Positions 7,539 through 9,987 of a stretch of 9,987 bases of DNA are shown here, piece by piece. A model generated the notes under the pieces. It searched no databases, was not told where the DNA came from, and worked only from the letters and a program-made list of their open reading frames with translations. A program made the translations under genes and the position numbers. Positions within the stretch are counted from its first letter, which is position 1. Each line of letters begins with the position of its first letter. This stretch comes from Octopus sinensis (lineage: Eukaryota): NCBI RefSeq assembly GCF_006345805.1, contig NW_021827665.1:1-9987 (forward strand). The letters run 5' to 3'.

Positions 7539-7593
7539 AGTAGGTATGTACTTGTGTGTGTATTTGTGTGTGTGTGTGTGTGTGTGTGTATAT
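7060..7593. repeat. Mosaic (TG)n/(CA)n/(TA)n microsatellites with short unique interruptions
   Basis: Direct reading. Confidence 0.92.
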
Positions 7594-7749
7594 AGCAAGA
7601 ATTTCTATTTTCCACTGTCCAACCATTTGTCTTCATTATAATTAATTGAATTAACTCTCTGAAATTTCAATAATTTTTCCCCTCTCATAGGGTTATCTCT
7701 TAAAAATAATTTATAAAAAGTAATATTACTGTAATATTTCTAACACTCC

Positions 7750-7867
7750 ATCACACACACACACACACATTCACGCACACTACACATACACGTACAACAC
7801 ACACTTGCGAGTATACATACGCAGAGATATACACACCTATATATATATATGCACATCAGTACATTTG

Positions 7868-7898
<31 letters not shown>

Positions 7899-8127
7899 AT
7901 GTGTGTATATTTGTATATATATATTGGTTAATAGGATATTCATATATGTATATGCTTGTATGCACGCCCATTTACATACACACATACACTCAGACAAACA
8001 CACAAGCATATATATGTATGTGTGTGTATGCAAATATGTGTGTACAGATACCAGTGTATACATACATAGATACATACATACATACATACTTACACACACA
8101 CATACCACACACACATATATATATTAC

Positions 8128-8158
<31 letters not shown>

Positions 8159-8421
8159 GTATTATATATCTTTATATATATTTACATATATGTGCATATA
8201 TATGTATATATATATACATATATACATATATATATATGTATATTTATATATATGTTTATATATATATATATGTATATATATATAATATATTTTTATATAC
8301 ATATATACATACATATATATATATATACATACATATATATATATGTATATATATATACACATACATACATATATATATACATATATATACATATATACAT
8401 ACATATATATATATATATACA

Positions 8422-8466
<45 letters not shown>

Positions 8467-8468
8467 AA

Positions 8469-8504
<36 letters not shown>

Positions 8505-8540
8505 TTATACAATATAACACACACATATATACATATATGT
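7750..8540. repeat. ~800-bp (TA)n/(ACAT)n/(CA)n microsatellite mosaic, the longest in the window
   Basis: Direct reading. It explains the 265-aa and 222-aa IY-rich ORFs. Confidence 0.97.
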
Positions 8541-8635
8541 TTCGGGAGACACTTCTGAACAAAACTGGAAATGAAATGTACAAGATAAGGCTTTCTTTTT
8601 AATTATAGAATTTTAACATAACATGGGATAGAATC

Positions 8636-9325
8636 ACACTCCATCATCCTCATCACCCTCACCAGCATCATTATCACTATCTCATAACCACTCCCTTAAT
8701 GAACTCTCCGCTCCAACTACCACCACTACTATTATCAACACCAATAGCGTCAGCACCACCACCACTACCACCACACTACGTCCTCAACCATCATCACCAA
8801 CGCCTCCACCATCGTCATCATTATAAGCATCGTTATCTTCACCATCATCATTGCAACCATCAGCACCACACTATCCACCACCACCTCTACCACTATCACC
8901 TCAACAACAACTACAACAGCAACAACACACACCGTCACCGCGTTCTCCATTGTTCCCACCATCATCACCATCGTTGCTGTCGCCATTCCATCCATCCTCA
9001 CGACCAGCAGCAACAGTACCACCACCACCACCACCACCACCACCACTACCACCAATACCACCAGCAATATTACCATCGCCGGTACCATCATTGCCGACAT
9101 GGCCATCCTTATCTCTACCATCATCAATACATCCACCACCACCACCACCACAAATAACAACTACAACAACAGCAACAACATCATCGTCAACAACAATAAC
9201 AACAACGACACCACCACCACCACCACCACCACCACCACCACCACCACCACCGCCGCCACCGCCGCCACAACTTCCACCCCCACCCCACCAGTATCCATAG
9301 GTGGCTCTCTTATACCACCGCCATT
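8636..9325. repeat. (CAC/CAT/CAA)-rich trinucleotide low-complexity tract
   Basis: Direct reading; His/Pro/Thr runs in the three plus frames. Confidence 0.93.
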
Positions 9326-9446
9326 TTATTGAATGTAAGACTAAAATACAAAATAAAAAAACAAAAATCTAATACAGCAGCCAAAAGCACTCAGGAAATC
9401 GGCCAAATATTTTGCTGAGGTTCCGTTAATGAATGTAGACAAAACC

Positions 9447-9732
9447 CCGTTGATCTCAAACGGGGTCCTTATTGTCCCAAGGGAGTCCATACAAGGCGTT
9501 GTCGTTAAAATTTATGTACAATAAATTGCTTTTGATTCTTCAAAACATCAAATATTTTAACAAAGTTATTTCAAGTACAGTTTTTTTAATAATAAAAATA
9601 CAATAGGATGTTTTCTTTTAGACATTAAAAAGGCTCTGGGGGGTCACCGGAGTAAAATATGGGTCATTGAATGATGTGGTGGTGGGGGGGGGGGGCTGCT
9701 CCATAGATAAAACAATCGTTGGAAACTGTTTG
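9447..9732. mobile_element. Probable decayed non-autonomous hAT (Charlie-like) MITE, ~290 bp
   Basis: The left end CCGTTGATCTCAAACGGGGTCC resembles the Charlie/MER20-type terminus CAGTGGTTCTCAACC plus a GGGGTCC subterminal motif. GGGTC/GTCCAT-like motifs recur internally, around an AT-rich body. The right end TCCATAGATAAAACAATCGTTGGAAACTGTTTG is only a weak TIR match (about half the positions). The putative 8-bp TSD matches only 4/8 (ACAAAACC vs TTGCAACC). The body resembles an octopus repeat I recall. Confidence 0.45.
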
Positions 9733-9836
9733 TTGCAACCGAAAATTGCTTAGAAAAATTTGTAGAGAAAACGATGGCCTTGTAGATAAAAATGATCGCT
9801 AAAGATCTGCAATTGACGATGTTCAATAGGTGACAG

Positions 9837-9980
9837 TGGTGGTTATGGTGGTGGTGGTTGTGGTTGTGGTGGTGGTGGTGGTGGTAGTGGTGGTTGTGGT
9901 GGTGGTGGTGGTGGTGGTTGTGGTGGTGGTTGTGGTGGTGGTTGTGGTGGTGGTTGTGGTGGTGGTGGTTGTGGTGGTTG
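9837..9980. repeat. (GGT)n/(GTT) trinucleotide tract, opposite polarity to the other CAC tracts
   Basis: Direct reading. Confidence 0.96.
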
Positions 9981-9987
9981 GAATGTG

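Noticed and set aside
9-8602. Many long IY/HT/CV/YLSI/SL-rich ORFs (e.g. 7805..8602, 265 aa; 691..1167, 158 aa)
   Set aside because: They are translations of (TA)n, (CA)n, (TATC)n and (GA)n, which lack stops in some frames. There is no domain content.
2520-9332. His-, Pro-, Thr- and Val-rich ORFs (2536..3072, 3516..4103, 3702..4370, 8699..9157, 8851..9300) resembling mucins or His-rich proteins
   Set aside because: All frames on both strands are open over the same CAC tracts, frames switch arbitrarily, and ORF 3516..4103 starts inside an antisense SINE. This is typical of simple sequence.

Overview
Eukaryotic, repeat-saturated, apparently non-coding DNA (intron or intergenic). It is most likely from an Octopus-type coleoid cephalopod, inferred from SINE families I recall from octopus genomes and the dense (AT)n/(AC)n/(GATA)n/(CAC)n mosaic. 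I can support no intact gene, and nearly all ORFs in the track are translations of simple repeats. Recognisable content: three tRNA-headed SINEs of three different families on the minus strand (CORE-type 943-1278, 3'-truncated 3453-3584, Deu/Nin-type 6485-6694) and a plus-strand 3' fragment related to the third (6183-6252). There is also a 5' fossil mariner with TIR and dead N-terminal transposase (4934-5451), a probable decayed hAT-type MITE (9447-9732), an ~41-unit 18-bp minisatellite (1724-2471) and many microsatellites. I found no convincing new biological system. The best leads are the structured minisatellite, an unexplained 81-bp inverted repeat, a tail-to-tail SINE pair (possible ADAR substrate) and a stop-codon cluster in the mariner fossil. 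All family assignments come from pattern recall, not database searches.
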